From Octopus sinensis (lineage: Eukaryota), in the NCBI RefSeq assembly GCF_006345805.1, contig NC_043003.1, forward strand, positions 107,508,001 to 107,572,000: DNA of 64,000 nt. Reading direction: 5' to 3'. Position numbers and translations under genes: made by a program. The first letter of the stretch is position 1; each line of letters begins with the position of its first letter. This document shows, one piece after another, positions 52,065 to 64,000 of the stretch. The notes under the pieces were generated by a model. The model ran no database searches. It was not told the origin of the DNA and saw nothing but the letters and a program-made list of their open reading frames with translations.

Positions 52065-55064
52065 TTAGTTGATGAGTGACTATCTTTTGCTAGAAACTCA
52101 ACACATGCTACACTTTCAGGTATTCTGAATAAAGTTTCCAGAAATAACCCAATAAGTTTACCATTAATTCTGTGAAATATTCATGAGTCCTGCTAGTGAA
52201 GATTAAGCTGATATTACATGTAAATTGTTCTGTATTACCACAGAAGCAAATTGTATCTCTAGTGCATGGAGTTTATTTATCTATTTATTTTTGAAAAGAC
52301 ATGGCTGAATGGTTAAAAAGTATTTCTCAGAGCCACATGATCTCTGGTTTAGTCCCACTGTGTATCACCTTGGGCAAATGCCTTCTACTATATTCCAGGT
52401 TGGCCAAAGCCTTGCGAACGGATTTGATGAATGGAAACTGAAGGAAGTCTGTCATGTGTGTGTGTATGTATCTATGCATGTGTATATGAATATGTATGTA
52501 TGCATGCATGCATGTGTGTATGTGTGTGTGTGTGTGTGTGTGTGCCTTTTTTTCTTGACAACATGCAATAGTATAAATGAGGATACCATCATACAAGCAG
52601 TGTTTTCATTTCCAATCTTCTATGAAGGCATGTCCAGTCATGGAAATATATTACCTTGTTTAGAAATAGGTGAGGTTTGGTGATGAGAAAATTATCTTGC
52701 CGTAGAAAATCTGCCTCAACCAACTATATCCAACCCATGCAAGCATGGAAAAGTGAATATCAAAAAGATGATGATGATGATGATGATGATAGTGGTGGTG
52801 GTGGTGGTGGCAGTGGTGGTGGAGGTGACTTCAAGAACTTATAACTCTTGAGCAAGGCTAGTTGGCAATAGGATTAAATTTATTTTGTATTTCTGCTTGT
52901 TTGGTAAATGATTTTATCCAAGGCACCGAGTTGTAACTGTAATAATTACATTGTGAAAAACTCATGGTAGACTCTTAAAACACACTTATACAGCTATACA
53001 CACCTTCGTTTTATTTTGTAATATCATTATGTTATTATACAGTATTTATACATTGATAAAATTTTCTCATCATTTACAACCAGGTCACTGATATTTTTGC
53101 ACTCCATCTCCGAAATACAGTAGAATAATAGAATAATGTCCATATCTTAACCCTTTAGCATTTAAACAGGCCACATCCAGCCTAAATATTCTTTTTTTCT
53201 ATATTTAAGTTGGCCAGATCCAGCCTCTTACACTGACCCTACAGTGTCATTCTAAAAATAAACAAATGCATCATCAAAATATCACAGCTATGAGATAAAT
53301 GAAGATTAATTCAAAATAATGTGAATACACAAACATTGTACTTTGACAGAATAATCTGAATGCTAAAAGGTTAAATAGCTTCTCCACATTGTAATTGTTT
53401 GTTTATTATATTTTTATGTATATAATATTGACAAGTTAACATTTTAGTATTCTTTCATAAGGCAGCAAGTTGGCAGAAACGTTAGCACGCCGGGCGAAAT
53501 GCTTTGCGGTACTTTGTATGCCATTACGTTCTGAGTTCAAATTCCGCCGAGGGCGACTTTACCTTTCATCCTTTCAGGGTCGATAAATTAAGTACCAGTT
53601 ACACACTGGGTAGATGTAACCGACTTAATCTGTTTGTCTGTCCTTGTTTGTCCCTTCTGTGTTCAGCCCCTTGTCGGTAGTAAAGAAATAGGTATTCTTT
53701 CATTTTTGTTTACTTGTTTCAGTCATCTGACTATGGCCATGCTGGTGCATCACCTTGAAGAATTTTCAGTTGAATGAATTGATCCCAGGACTTATATTTT
53801 TTTAAAAGCTTGGTGCTTATTCTATCACTATTTTTTGCTGAACTGCTAAGCTATGGGCACATTCACACACCAACACCAATTGTCAAAGAGTGGTAGGAGA
53901 CAAAGACAGACACATTCACACATACACACACATACACACATGATGGGCTTCTTTCAGTTTCTGTTTACCAAATCCACTCACAAGGCTTTAATTAGCACGA
54001 GGCTATTGTAGAAGACACTTGCCCAAGGTGCCAGGCAGTGGGACTGAACCCAGAACCATGTGGTTTGAACGCAAGCTTCTTACCACACAGTCATGCTTGC
54101 ATCTACATAATTTCTTTCTTTCATTGTTGTACAGTACCAAAGTTATTTTACTGTATTTAGTTTCATCCTTGTGTTCTGTGTTTCAACACAGGATGACTCT
54201 ATTTCCTATACTTTAACCATTTTAAAAATTATCAGGATACAGCAGAATATCGTTTGCAATTATCATACAGTATTTTTTTGTTTTTTGTCATGCTCTATGT
54301 TCTGTGTTTTAATACAAGATGACTTTATCTTAAATCATGATAGAATTAATATATTTATATACTTGTGTAAATGATGAAATTTAAATTTAAAAGAAATACT
54401 CTAAATTCATCCATACCAATGAAATTCTATCATATTTCAGTTTTTCAATTGCTCATGGAAACCAATCAAAGATGGAATATATACTTTAAAAAAACAAAAT
54501 CTGTCATTCTAGAGATAGATGTCATTAAAGAATACAGTAACTTAAATACTTGTGTTGATTTAACTATGTTTCACCTACAATGTTGGAGCCCTTCCTAATG
54601 CCAACAACTTTACAGTGTGTACTGAGGTTTTTTTTCACTCCAGCACTAAATACTTGTGCCAATATGGTATGAAAAAAAATCACCCAGTACACATTGTAAA
54701 GTGGCATTAGGAAGGGCATCCAGCCACAGAAAGCATACCAAAGTTAACTTTTGGGGTTCAGCACAGTGCTGTAGCTCACCAAATCTTATCAAACCATCCA
54801 ACCCATGCCAGGATGGATAACTGATGTTAAATGGTGTTGACAGTAATGAAAGTATAAAATTTAAGCTAAAAAAAGATCCATAAATAATATTTATGCAAAT
54901 ATAATTCTGTTCCATTTCAGTCTGTCAACAATTGATGGAAACCAATGAAAGATATTGAATTTTTGAAAGGAGTCAATGGAAACTAACTTTTTAAAAAATT
55001 CATCACTCTAGATACAGATACTGTCATTAAAGAATGTATTTAATATAATAACTGAAATACTTAC

Positions 55065-55204
55065 ACAAATGCAGTACATATGTTGCAGTATGTTATATTG
55101 GCTCCTGATAAAGCCAGTCGTTTCTGAACATTTTCTTCTACTGGATCAATGTATGTAACAGTTAGAAAGCTTCCAAGAAACACTCCAAAACTTATGATAA
55201 ACAG
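55065..55204 (-). CDS. DHHC palmitoyltransferase coding exon 2 (TM2, IDP motif, first CxxC)
   Basis: TTTCTCAG|CTG ... GT|GTAAGT; LFIISFGVFLGSFLTVTYIDPVEENVQKRLALSGANITYCNICTAF(V). Confidence 0.92.
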
Positions 55205-55442
55205 CTGAGAAAGCAGTTAAGAAATAACCCATAAAAACATACAGGAATATACATTCTACCATGATGATTTAATTTGGTGAGTTGTATGGTTAAGAATTTT
55301 GCTTGCCAATCACATGATGTCATGTTCAGTTCCACTGCATAAGGCAAGTGTCAAGGCTGGCCAAAAGCATCTGGAATGGCTGATGGAAGCTGAAAGAAGT
55401 TTATCATATATAACTTATGGCAGCATGGAAAACAGATGTTAA

Positions 55443-55474
<32 letters not shown>

Positions 55475-56519
55475 AATTGTAGTCTTGTTTCTACTCTTCC
55501 ATAAAACGTTTGGTCATGGGGAAATATTACCTGAGTGAGAAACAGGTCAGTGTCGGTGAAAAGAAAGACATCTAGTTGTAGAAAATCTGCCTCAATGAAT
55601 TCTGTCCAACACATGCCAACATTGACAACTTGATGCTAAAATGAAGATGATGATGATGACAATGATGGTGGTGATGATGATGGTGATGGTTGTGGTGATG
55701 ATGATGAGGATGAACATGGAACAATTCCTTTTCTCTTATTTGAGACACAATATCATCCACATTGTCCACAAACAAAATTTCTCTCTCAAGACAATATCTG
55801 CAGTGAAGGTTTTTCTGCATATTTTAATCTTTGCTGCTGAGTTTGCCTCTAATTAATTAATTTCAGCTTGACAAAGCTTTGTAGACACCAGTAAATTTAT
55901 TTTTTGTTGCTTAAATATATGACAAACAGTTCTTAGTAGGCATTTGGTGTCTATAACTGATGAAGTGTAATGACGCAGAAACGTGTACTATGATCTGATG
56001 ATGTTATTCATAGCCCAGAGTTGTGTATTTTCATATGCATTGGTTATATGGAGAATCTCACTCCCAAGGTAATTATTTGCAAATGAAGGTATTTCCACAT
56101 TTTACTATACATGAACAAGTTAAATCTAACTGGACACTTCTATAAGTTGTATACACACACACACACACACATATCGTCATCACCATCATTGTTTTAACGT
56201 CAACTTTTCCATGCTACATTGCTTCAAACTAAATTCATTCTGGCAGATTTTCAATGGCTGTATGCCTTTCCTGTCACTGACACACACCTGTTTCCAAGCA
56301 ATGCAATATTGCCTCATGACTGTATATGCTTTCACATAAGATTAGAAGTGAAGGATACTGATTGGATGATGGTTACAAGGAACAGTAAGACATACACATG
56401 CACTCACACACACAATGACCTTTCAGTTTCCATTTACCAAATCCACTCACAAGGCTTTGTTAGCCTGGGGATATCATAGAAGAGACTTTTTCAAAGTGTC
56501 ATATATATATATGGTATCT

Positions 56520-56640
56520 TTGTATTGGTATGGGGATCTGTCATCAGCAATGGTTGTTCTGAGCTGATCAAATGTGTTGGAGCCATAAACTCTGAAACAT
56601 ACATCGAAATACTTAAGCAAGGACTACTTCTGATGTATTC
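56520..56640 (+). mobile_element. Small Tc1 transposase fragment
   Basis: VWGSVISNGCSELIKCVGAINSETYIEILKQGLL resembles the Tc1 VWG...G...NS..Y..IL segment. Confidence 0.6.
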
Positions 56641-56668
56641 ACACAAAAACACACACACACACACACAC

Positions 56669-56726
<58 letters not shown>

Positions 56727-57289
56727 ATACATAAAAAATACAAAATGAAACAAGAATGCAAAACATCCAGACAGGTGATACAAAAAGACAACAAAACATC
56801 CAGATAGATGATACAAAGAAAACAAGGACGGATCATTTGGAGTTTTCTTTCCTCGGTCGAGTTCCATATTATGTTTGCAATTTCAATTGGTTATACTTGA
56901 GATTACTCTGGACAGCCCCAAGGAAAAACTAAACTGAGAGCATTAGATTCCTTGGAAGAAAGCAGAAAATGTATACAAAAACAAGGACAGAAAAAAAAAC
57001 AGAGAATGTTACACAAATACAAATAACAGCACATAACAACAGGTGTCTTTCAACTAAGGGCAAATTAAATTAAGCTGGCGTGTGTGGAAGTAAAGACTTA
57101 CAGCAGGGATACAAGAATTCACAGGCACAGGGAGAAATATAGATGTTGCATGGACAGTGGCCGAAACAAAAAGAAAGGTCAGGCTTGGCTGAACACCAGT
57201 CACCTAGGGAGAGAAGACAAAGAGGTAGAGGCAGAGAGACAGAATAAATAAAGAGGGGTCAAGAAAAACACTGACATCTCATTTTAACA

Positions 57290-58105
57290 GATATATTTAC
57301 CAAAGTTGCATAAAAATATCTTGAAATACTAAAGAGTAAATTTATTCAATAAAATCACCATTGGCTTCAACCACTGCCTCCAGAAGACTTTGGAATCTCT
57401 TGCAACCCTTCTAGACAGTCTTCTTGTTTAAGTTGGTGAATGCTGCCATAATCCTTGCCTTCGGTTCATCTTTGGTGTTACAAGGAATTTTGTTGGTCTC
57501 TCGCTCAAATGCGCCCCACTCATAGTAATGAAGTGAATTGCAGTCTGGGAAGTTAGGTGGCCAGATGTTAGGGTGATGTAGTTGCAGAAATTGTCTGACA
57601 GCTGTGACTGGGTTCTCCTGCTTGTGTGGCATGGTGCAGTTCCCTATTGCCAGACATAAGATCTTCCAGCACCCACCCTCTTGACCCAGGACAGCATTAT
57701 CTTCTCCAAGCACTTGATGTAGGCCTCCATGTTGTGTCTGAGGCCATATGGGAAGATGAATGGAGGCATAACATCGCCATCACTAGTGATCATTCCAAAC
57801 ACCATGATGTTGACTAGATGTTTGATTTTTATCACTCTCAGTATGTCCCCACATTGCACCGTCTTCAGACTGATACCCAGACACTTAGAAATGTTCATAT
57901 TAGAGCTTCCGGCATGTGTGCCAAGCAGTACAGCATGTTATTTCCAAATTTCTGGCAGAGGGAATTGCGTCATGTTGCCGTTTTTCTCACAGACAGTGCC
58001 CAACTGACCCCCACTATACTAGGGATTTAACAAAATCAAAAACAAACAATGCACATGTGCAAAATTAAAAATATAAAATGGCGACAGTTTACCCATCGTG
58101 CTCTG
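57290..58105 (-). mobile_element. maT/DD37D-like mariner remnant (same family as 8245-9030)
   Basis: NIMVFGMITSDGDVMPPFIF, IWPPNFPDCNSLHYYEWG; colinear with the 8245-9030 copy. Confidence 0.8.
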
Positions 58106-58171
58106 TGTGTGTATATATATATATGTATGTGTGTGTGTATATATATGTGTGTGTGTGTGTATGTATGTATG

Positions 58172-58337
<166 letters not shown>

Positions 58338-58708
58338 TCATCATCATCATCATCATCATCATTTAGCATCCGCTTTCCATGCTAGCATGGGTTGGACGGT
58401 TCAACTGGGGGTCTGTGAGGCCAGAAGGCTGCATCAGGCCCAGTCTGATCTGGCAGTGTTTCTACGGCTGGATGCCCTTCCTAACACCAACCACTCCGTG
58501 AGTGTAGTGGGTGCTTTTTACGTGCCACCCGCACAGGTGCCAGACGAAGCTGGCAAACGGCCACGGACGGATGGTGCTTTTTTCGTGCCACCAGCACGGG
58601 GGCCAGGCGAGGCTGGCAACGGCCACGATCGGATGGTGCTTTTTACGTGCCATATAGGGATGTACTCGCATAGCAAGTGATTTGATCTGAGATCATATGC
58701 TGGAACGA

Positions 58709-58934
58709 AAACAATTGCAGCATAGAAGGTGTTTGTAAGCCATTTAAGAAATACACAAAAACCGTTAGATTCAGTTACTTTCTCAGATGTAGCACGGATT
58801 TTTGTCAGTGAACATGTCGTGGTCTTAAAGCGACGAAAATATTTTGGCAAATTAAACTTAAATGTTGAAGTGAATCGAACGGCTTTTGTGTGTTTCTTAA
58901 ATGGCTTACAAACACCTTCCACGCTGCAATTGTT

Positions 58935-58935
<1 letters not shown>
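58709..58935. repeat. Short inverted-repeat element (~65-bp arms)
   Basis: AAACAATTGCAGC..GAAGGTGTTTGTAAGCCATTTAAGAAA mirrored by TTTCTTAAATGGCTTACAAACACCTTC..GCTGCAATTGTTT. Confidence 0.75.
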
Positions 58936-58972
<37 letters not shown>

Positions 58973-59028
58973 TATATCACCATCATCATCATCATCGTTT
59001 AGCAGACGTTAAATGATGATGATGATGA

Positions 59029-59078
<50 letters not shown>

Positions 59079-59158
59079 ATATATATACATATATATATAT
59101 ATATGTATGTGTATATATATATGTATGTGTGTGTGTATATATATATGACGTTAAATAA

Positions 59159-59198
<40 letters not shown>

Positions 59199-59373
59199 AT
59201 ATATATATACATATATATATATATGTATGTATGTGTATATATATATGTATGTGTGTGTGTATATATATATGACGTTAAATAATGATATATATATATATAT
59301 ATATAATATGCACACACATACACTCATAGATACATATATACAAATACATACATCAATACATGCTTTCATACTC

Positions 59374-59409
<36 letters not shown>

Positions 59410-59634
59410 ATATATAAATGTCAAACAATGAGAATAAGTGCTCAACACTGCATTGGTGGTTAAAAATCATTTCTATGTGTATTAAGGCTACCATTGGTTT
59501 CATTTTAAGAAGATATCATTACAATTTCTCCATGTGATCAGCTTAAAAAATTGTTAAGACATTTTCCTAACATGAAACCAATGGTAGTCTTAACACAAAA
59601 ATAAAGTTTTATATATACATAAATATATATATAT

Positions 59635-60902
59635 GGGTTGTTACCCACAAAATGTTTATACACATTGAATGATTATAAAGTCAGTGTTTATTAAAATACA
59701 TTTTATTTTCAAAATTTAATAGAATCTACTGACAGAATATAATTTTCTTATGAACTCTTGTTTTCAAACTGATGATCATAGTTATCCAATCACTGCTGAC
59801 AACATGAAGCATTGGAACTGCAACTATCAAGAAATATTTCATTCAATCCATGTGCACATTCTTGCTCAATAGCTGTCCTCAATTCATCAAGTACTTCCGG
59901 TTTTGTACCATAAACTTTCTTTTAAGTAATCTGGTAAAAAAAAAAGTTCAGTGCTGTGAGATCTAGTGAACAAGGACAGTATTCTACTGAACCACTTCAT
60001 CCAGTCCACCCGTTTGGCAACATCTCATCAAGGGAGTGTGATTATACCCTATGTTGCTGGTTGTACCCTATCTTGCATGGCATGATAGATTGTCACAAGT
60101 TCAAGTAAATTTGACCAGTCACAGTTCTGGCATATAAATATGGTCCAATGAATCCTTTTGATGATAACCTGCCCTATATTGTAACTCCTGGTTAATTAAC
60201 ATGATGTTCCTCCATAATATGTACATTCTCAGGACCCCAGTAGGTGCACTTGTGGTGGCTAATTGGACCATTTCATTTAAATGAAGCCTCATCCTTCCAA
60301 ACAATCTGTTGGGAAGTGTACATCTTCTCCACATCTTACCAAGTACCACTTGCTAAACTCTGCACTTTGTTCTGGATCGTCTTTATTGAGAGCATAGATT
60401 ATTCTTCAAATGTAACTTTCCCGTTGACAGCATTTCAAAATACAATAGATGTTTGATTTTGTAATTCCTGTCTAATGACACAACTGCTACACAGAATTTC
60501 ATGAACTCAGACAATATGTTTCTTGTATCCTTTCTCGTTTTGTGGGACTCTTGATGATTGCAGTATTTCGGAATGTTTCTTCAGGGCATTCTGAATAGTT
60601 CCGTCTGATTCAAATTTATTTCTAATTTGAGTGATGAACAGTTTCATTGATGGATCTGTTTGAAACTCTCTCCTAATCTGTTTTCGCACCTCAGCTACAT
60701 TTGCAAACATCTAGTAGCACTTTAAGGTAAGTTTCCTTTGTTCAAAGATTAGTCTGGTTCCCTTCATTATGGATTAGTTCCCTTCATTATGGATTAGTCT
60801 GGTTCCCTTCATTATTATTAATGGATTAAATCTAAAAAGAAATGAAAATTGAGCTATTAACTGTTAAAATGTGTATGCATTTTTTTAGAGGTACACCTTG
60901 TA
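59635..60902 (-). mobile_element. Heavily decayed Tc1/mariner-superfamily element (DUF4817-like N-terminus)
   Basis: NVAEVRKQIRREFQTDP...IRNKFESDGTI; EYCPCSLDLTALNFF (decayed WPPRSPDLTPLDFF). Termini degenerate. Confidence 0.7.
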
Positions 60903-62047
60903 TGTATAAATACATATAAATGCGTATATACATACTTACATACATACATACATATACATATTGACCATCATGTAGGTTTTATGAATTTTCTCTCATTTTT
61001 CTTTTTCCAATTCAAAACTACTGCACAAGAGAAAAGAAAAAGAAACTGAAATTTCCTCCCATTAAATGCTAATTAGGTTTCACATTACTTATTATTTATT
61101 AAGCTGCTGGAATATAAAAGGTGACCATCTTTAAGTGTCTAATTTCAAAATAAAGCAGTACAGTTATTTTGAGAATATATTCAGTTTTTCTGATTTACAG
61201 TTAACACAGGTTTTATAATAGATTTTTGACATTAAGAGCCTCTACTTGGTTGTTTGACCGATTAGAAATACCAAACTAATTCTGTTATCACACCCTACTA
61301 AAAAAGGAGATATTAGACCAGGTAATCCTGGGTAATTTTCTTTTATTTTTTGTCTTTTACTTTTTTCCTTTATTGGACAGCAGCCATACTGGGTCACTGC
61401 CGTAAAGCATTTAGGTGAACAAATTGGCCCCAGTACTTATTTTTATGCTTGGCAAATATTCTATTGGTCTCTTTTGCTGAACTACTAAGTTATGGGATGC
61501 AAACAAACCAACACTGGTTTTTTTCCTGTTGTCAAACAGCGGTGGGGGCCAAACACAAACACATACATATATACATGTATGTATGTATGTATGTATGTAT
61601 GTATACAACAAGATTCTTCCAGTTTCTATCTACCAAATCCATTCCTAAGTCTTTGGTTAGTCTGGGGCTATAATGGAAGACACTTGTCTAAGGTGCCATG
61701 CAATGGGACTGAACCTGAACTTATGAAGTTGGGAAGTAAACTTCTTACTACACAGGCTTGTGCCTATCCAAAAGGGCTGGATGGTCATGGTTGCAATGTC
61801 TTTGATCTCCAGTCCATTTGGTCCAGCAACGACTTTCATGGATTCATTCATTTGTTAACGAAAATCTTTCCGAGGTTTATACAATAAACAACTAACTAAC
61901 TAAATAAATAAAATGCTGTGAGGAAACCACGTGAATTTGCAGACAAGCAAATAAATAATCTCTGTACATTCACTGGATTACAGCCGTGTAATTCTTATTT
62001 TTGTTTCTGAATGTTTTCTTAAAAAGAAATATATGAACAAAGGATAC

Positions 62048-62242
62048 AGGAGTGACGATTAGTTGAATGGTCTTATTCGCAGCCGGAATCATTGTCGAAA
62101 AGAGAACAATGGTGATGTATAGTATTAATATTAAAGTTATCATCTGGTCTTTCGAGAAGGGTGAGTGTAAGCCATTCTTACGAACAAACCCTTCCTTTTT
62201 CTCACTTGAATGGCACATAAATAACTTCTTTACACTTGACAT
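62048..62242 (-). CDS. ZDHHC1/ZDHHC11-like palmitoyltransferase, first coding exon
   Basis: MSSVKK...VRKNGLHSPFSKDQMITLILILY...IVTP|GTATCC; RxNG..P....Q is the ZDHHC1/11-type N-terminal motif. An acceptor at 62252-62253 implies an upstream exon. Confidence 0.85.
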
Positions 62243-62449
62243 TATCGTAAACTGGAAAAAAAAAAAAACAATTAAAAAGTAAAAAGGAAACATTGTTAAA
62301 TATAATAATTATTTAGACATGAACCTCATTAGATTTTAAGAACTGAATTTATTTATTCGTTTATTTATTTATTTTTGGTCGATAACCTAAGATTGTTGTC
62401 ATTGTTTAACTCAGAGATCATATCAACATCAGCTGCTAAAATTAGACAG

Positions 62450-63375
62450 CACACAAATGTCAAGAAATCTGAATACATACCTTTCAACCAATCAAGTGAT
62501 GCTGTTTTGCTTTGAGTAGTTCCAAATTGAATGTTGCTGAAGACTTCAAGTACTCAGATGGTAGGATGAGCACTTTGAGAGCAGACATCAAGAGCAAGAA
62601 GGCACAAGCACGGACTACCTGTCACAAACTAAAGAAGGTCTGGAACTCCAAATTGTCCAAGCACTTCATTGCAACTGTTGAATCAGTGCTATTATATGGC
62701 AGTGAAAAATGAACACTGCCAAAGAAATTATCAAATGGGCCAAATGGATGCTGTGGAGGTACATGGCCTAGTGGGTAGAGTAGCGCACTTGCAGTTGAGG
62801 GATTGCAGGTTCGAATCTCAGACTGGGCAATGTGTGTGTTTATGAGCGAAACACCTAAACTCCAATTGGCTCTGGCAGAAAGTAATGGCGAACTTCTGCT
62901 GACTCTTTTGCCACAACTTTCTATCATTCTTTCCTCCTGCATCTTGCAGCTCACCTGCGACGGACTAGCGTACTGTCCAGGTGGGGAACCTATACGCCAA
63001 GGAAACTGGGAAACCGGCCCTATGAGCCAGGCATGGCTTGAGAAGGAACAACAACAACAAATGGATGCTACGAATGGCTCTAAATTTGAAATGGCAGCAA
63101 CATATGACAAACAAATGCCTTAAAGTAAACTTCTGAAAGTTAGCAAGAAGATCAGGCAAAGATAGCTGTGACTATCTGGTCACTGCATGCACCACCCTGA
63201 ATTGGAAGCATCCAAATTAGTCTTGAAGAACCTAAGAAGAAGCAAGAAGAGGAAAACATCGTCACACATACATCAACAACTTGATTGCAGACACTGGCCT
63301 GGACCTCAAGGCAGTGATGACGGTGCTAAAAGTGTGGTGGTTGGACTTTGTTGCTGCATCCCAAGTTGGAACCCA
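62450..63375 (+). mobile_element. Decayed RTE-like LINE fragment split by a SINE (62754-63060)
   Basis: LKKVWNSKLSKHFIATVESVLLYGSE upstream of the SINE; continues ...SGHCMHHPELEASKLVL downstream. Confidence 0.6.
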
Positions 63376-63378
63376 GCC

Positions 63379-63432
<54 letters not shown>

Positions 63433-63434
63433 TA

Positions 63435-63475
<41 letters not shown>

Positions 63476-63477
63476 AA
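63379..63477. repeat. (AAT)n + (GAT)n microsatellite
   Basis: Directly visible. Confidence 0.95.
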
Positions 63478-64000
63478 TCTCTGATTGAGCAAAGGTGCCC
63501 TATATTTGACCATTCAACTTTTTATTTATTTAATTCCCTGTGCACATAAGTGAAAACAGAGTATTGTAATCACTCATCTTAGTTTCTTTGCTTGTATGTT
63601 AGCAAAATTACTGGAGAATGACTAAACAGATTTTCACCAACTTCGGCAGAAATACTCATTGGGTGAGTGGCTTGAAATGATGGAAATTTTTTTTGATTAT
63701 CTTCAAACATACATAAATACATACAGAGATATGCAACTGTGTGTGTATATTTGTGTGTACAGTGATGGATTTGAAGGTTTCCTTTATTTACGAGGTTAAT
63801 TTCTTAATTTCACCGGAGTATAAATACCTATAATGGTGATATTTAAAAAAAATAATAATAATTCAGTTCAATTAAAAAGCATGGGTAAGCAATGCATTGT
63901 AAGCCACATTAATTTGCGAAAAAAATTATCTGGGCACAGGGCATGCATTGCCCCTCTGATGCCTTTTGTTCATTTATTTACTTATCAATGTATATCATAT

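Noticed and set aside
55951-55992. CUGAUGA...GAAACGUGUA hammerhead-like motif (another at ~36071-36125)
   Set aside because: Stems I/II mismatched or cleavage triplet missing; degenerate.

Overview
AT-rich, repeat-dense eukaryotic (animal) genomic DNA. The microsatellite load and the SINE/LINE families look like those of an octopod cephalopod (my recognition, not database-verified). Three spliced loci could be reconstructed by hand. (1) A two-exon, intact 327-aa gene derived from a Merlin/IS1595-family transposase (6285-6981 + 16318-16604, + strand). It has a 9.3-kb TE-filled intron, a CpG-rich upstream region, an AATAAA right after the stop and an altered catalytic site, so it is a strong candidate for a domesticated transposase. 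(2) Its tandem paralog (21112-21807 + 26455-26741), now a pseudogene (1 frameshift, 2 TGA stops). Four Merlin-type MITEs (GG-starting TIRs, 8-bp TSDs) cluster around and inside it, one of them an 802-bp fold-back dimer. (3) A minus-strand ZDHHC1/11-like DHHC palmitoyltransferase (5 well-supported coding exons plus a candidate last exon, ~35.3-62.2 kb). The rest is transposon debris: Tc1 (DD34E, IR/DR), maT/mariner remnants, non-autonomous Helitrons, RTE and CR1-like LINE fragments, tRNA-derived SINEs, Penelope-like elements carrying recognisable hammerhead ribozymes, and microsatellites. Most ORFs in the supplied track are microsatellite or SINE artefacts. No CRISPR array, rRNA or genuine tRNA gene was seen.
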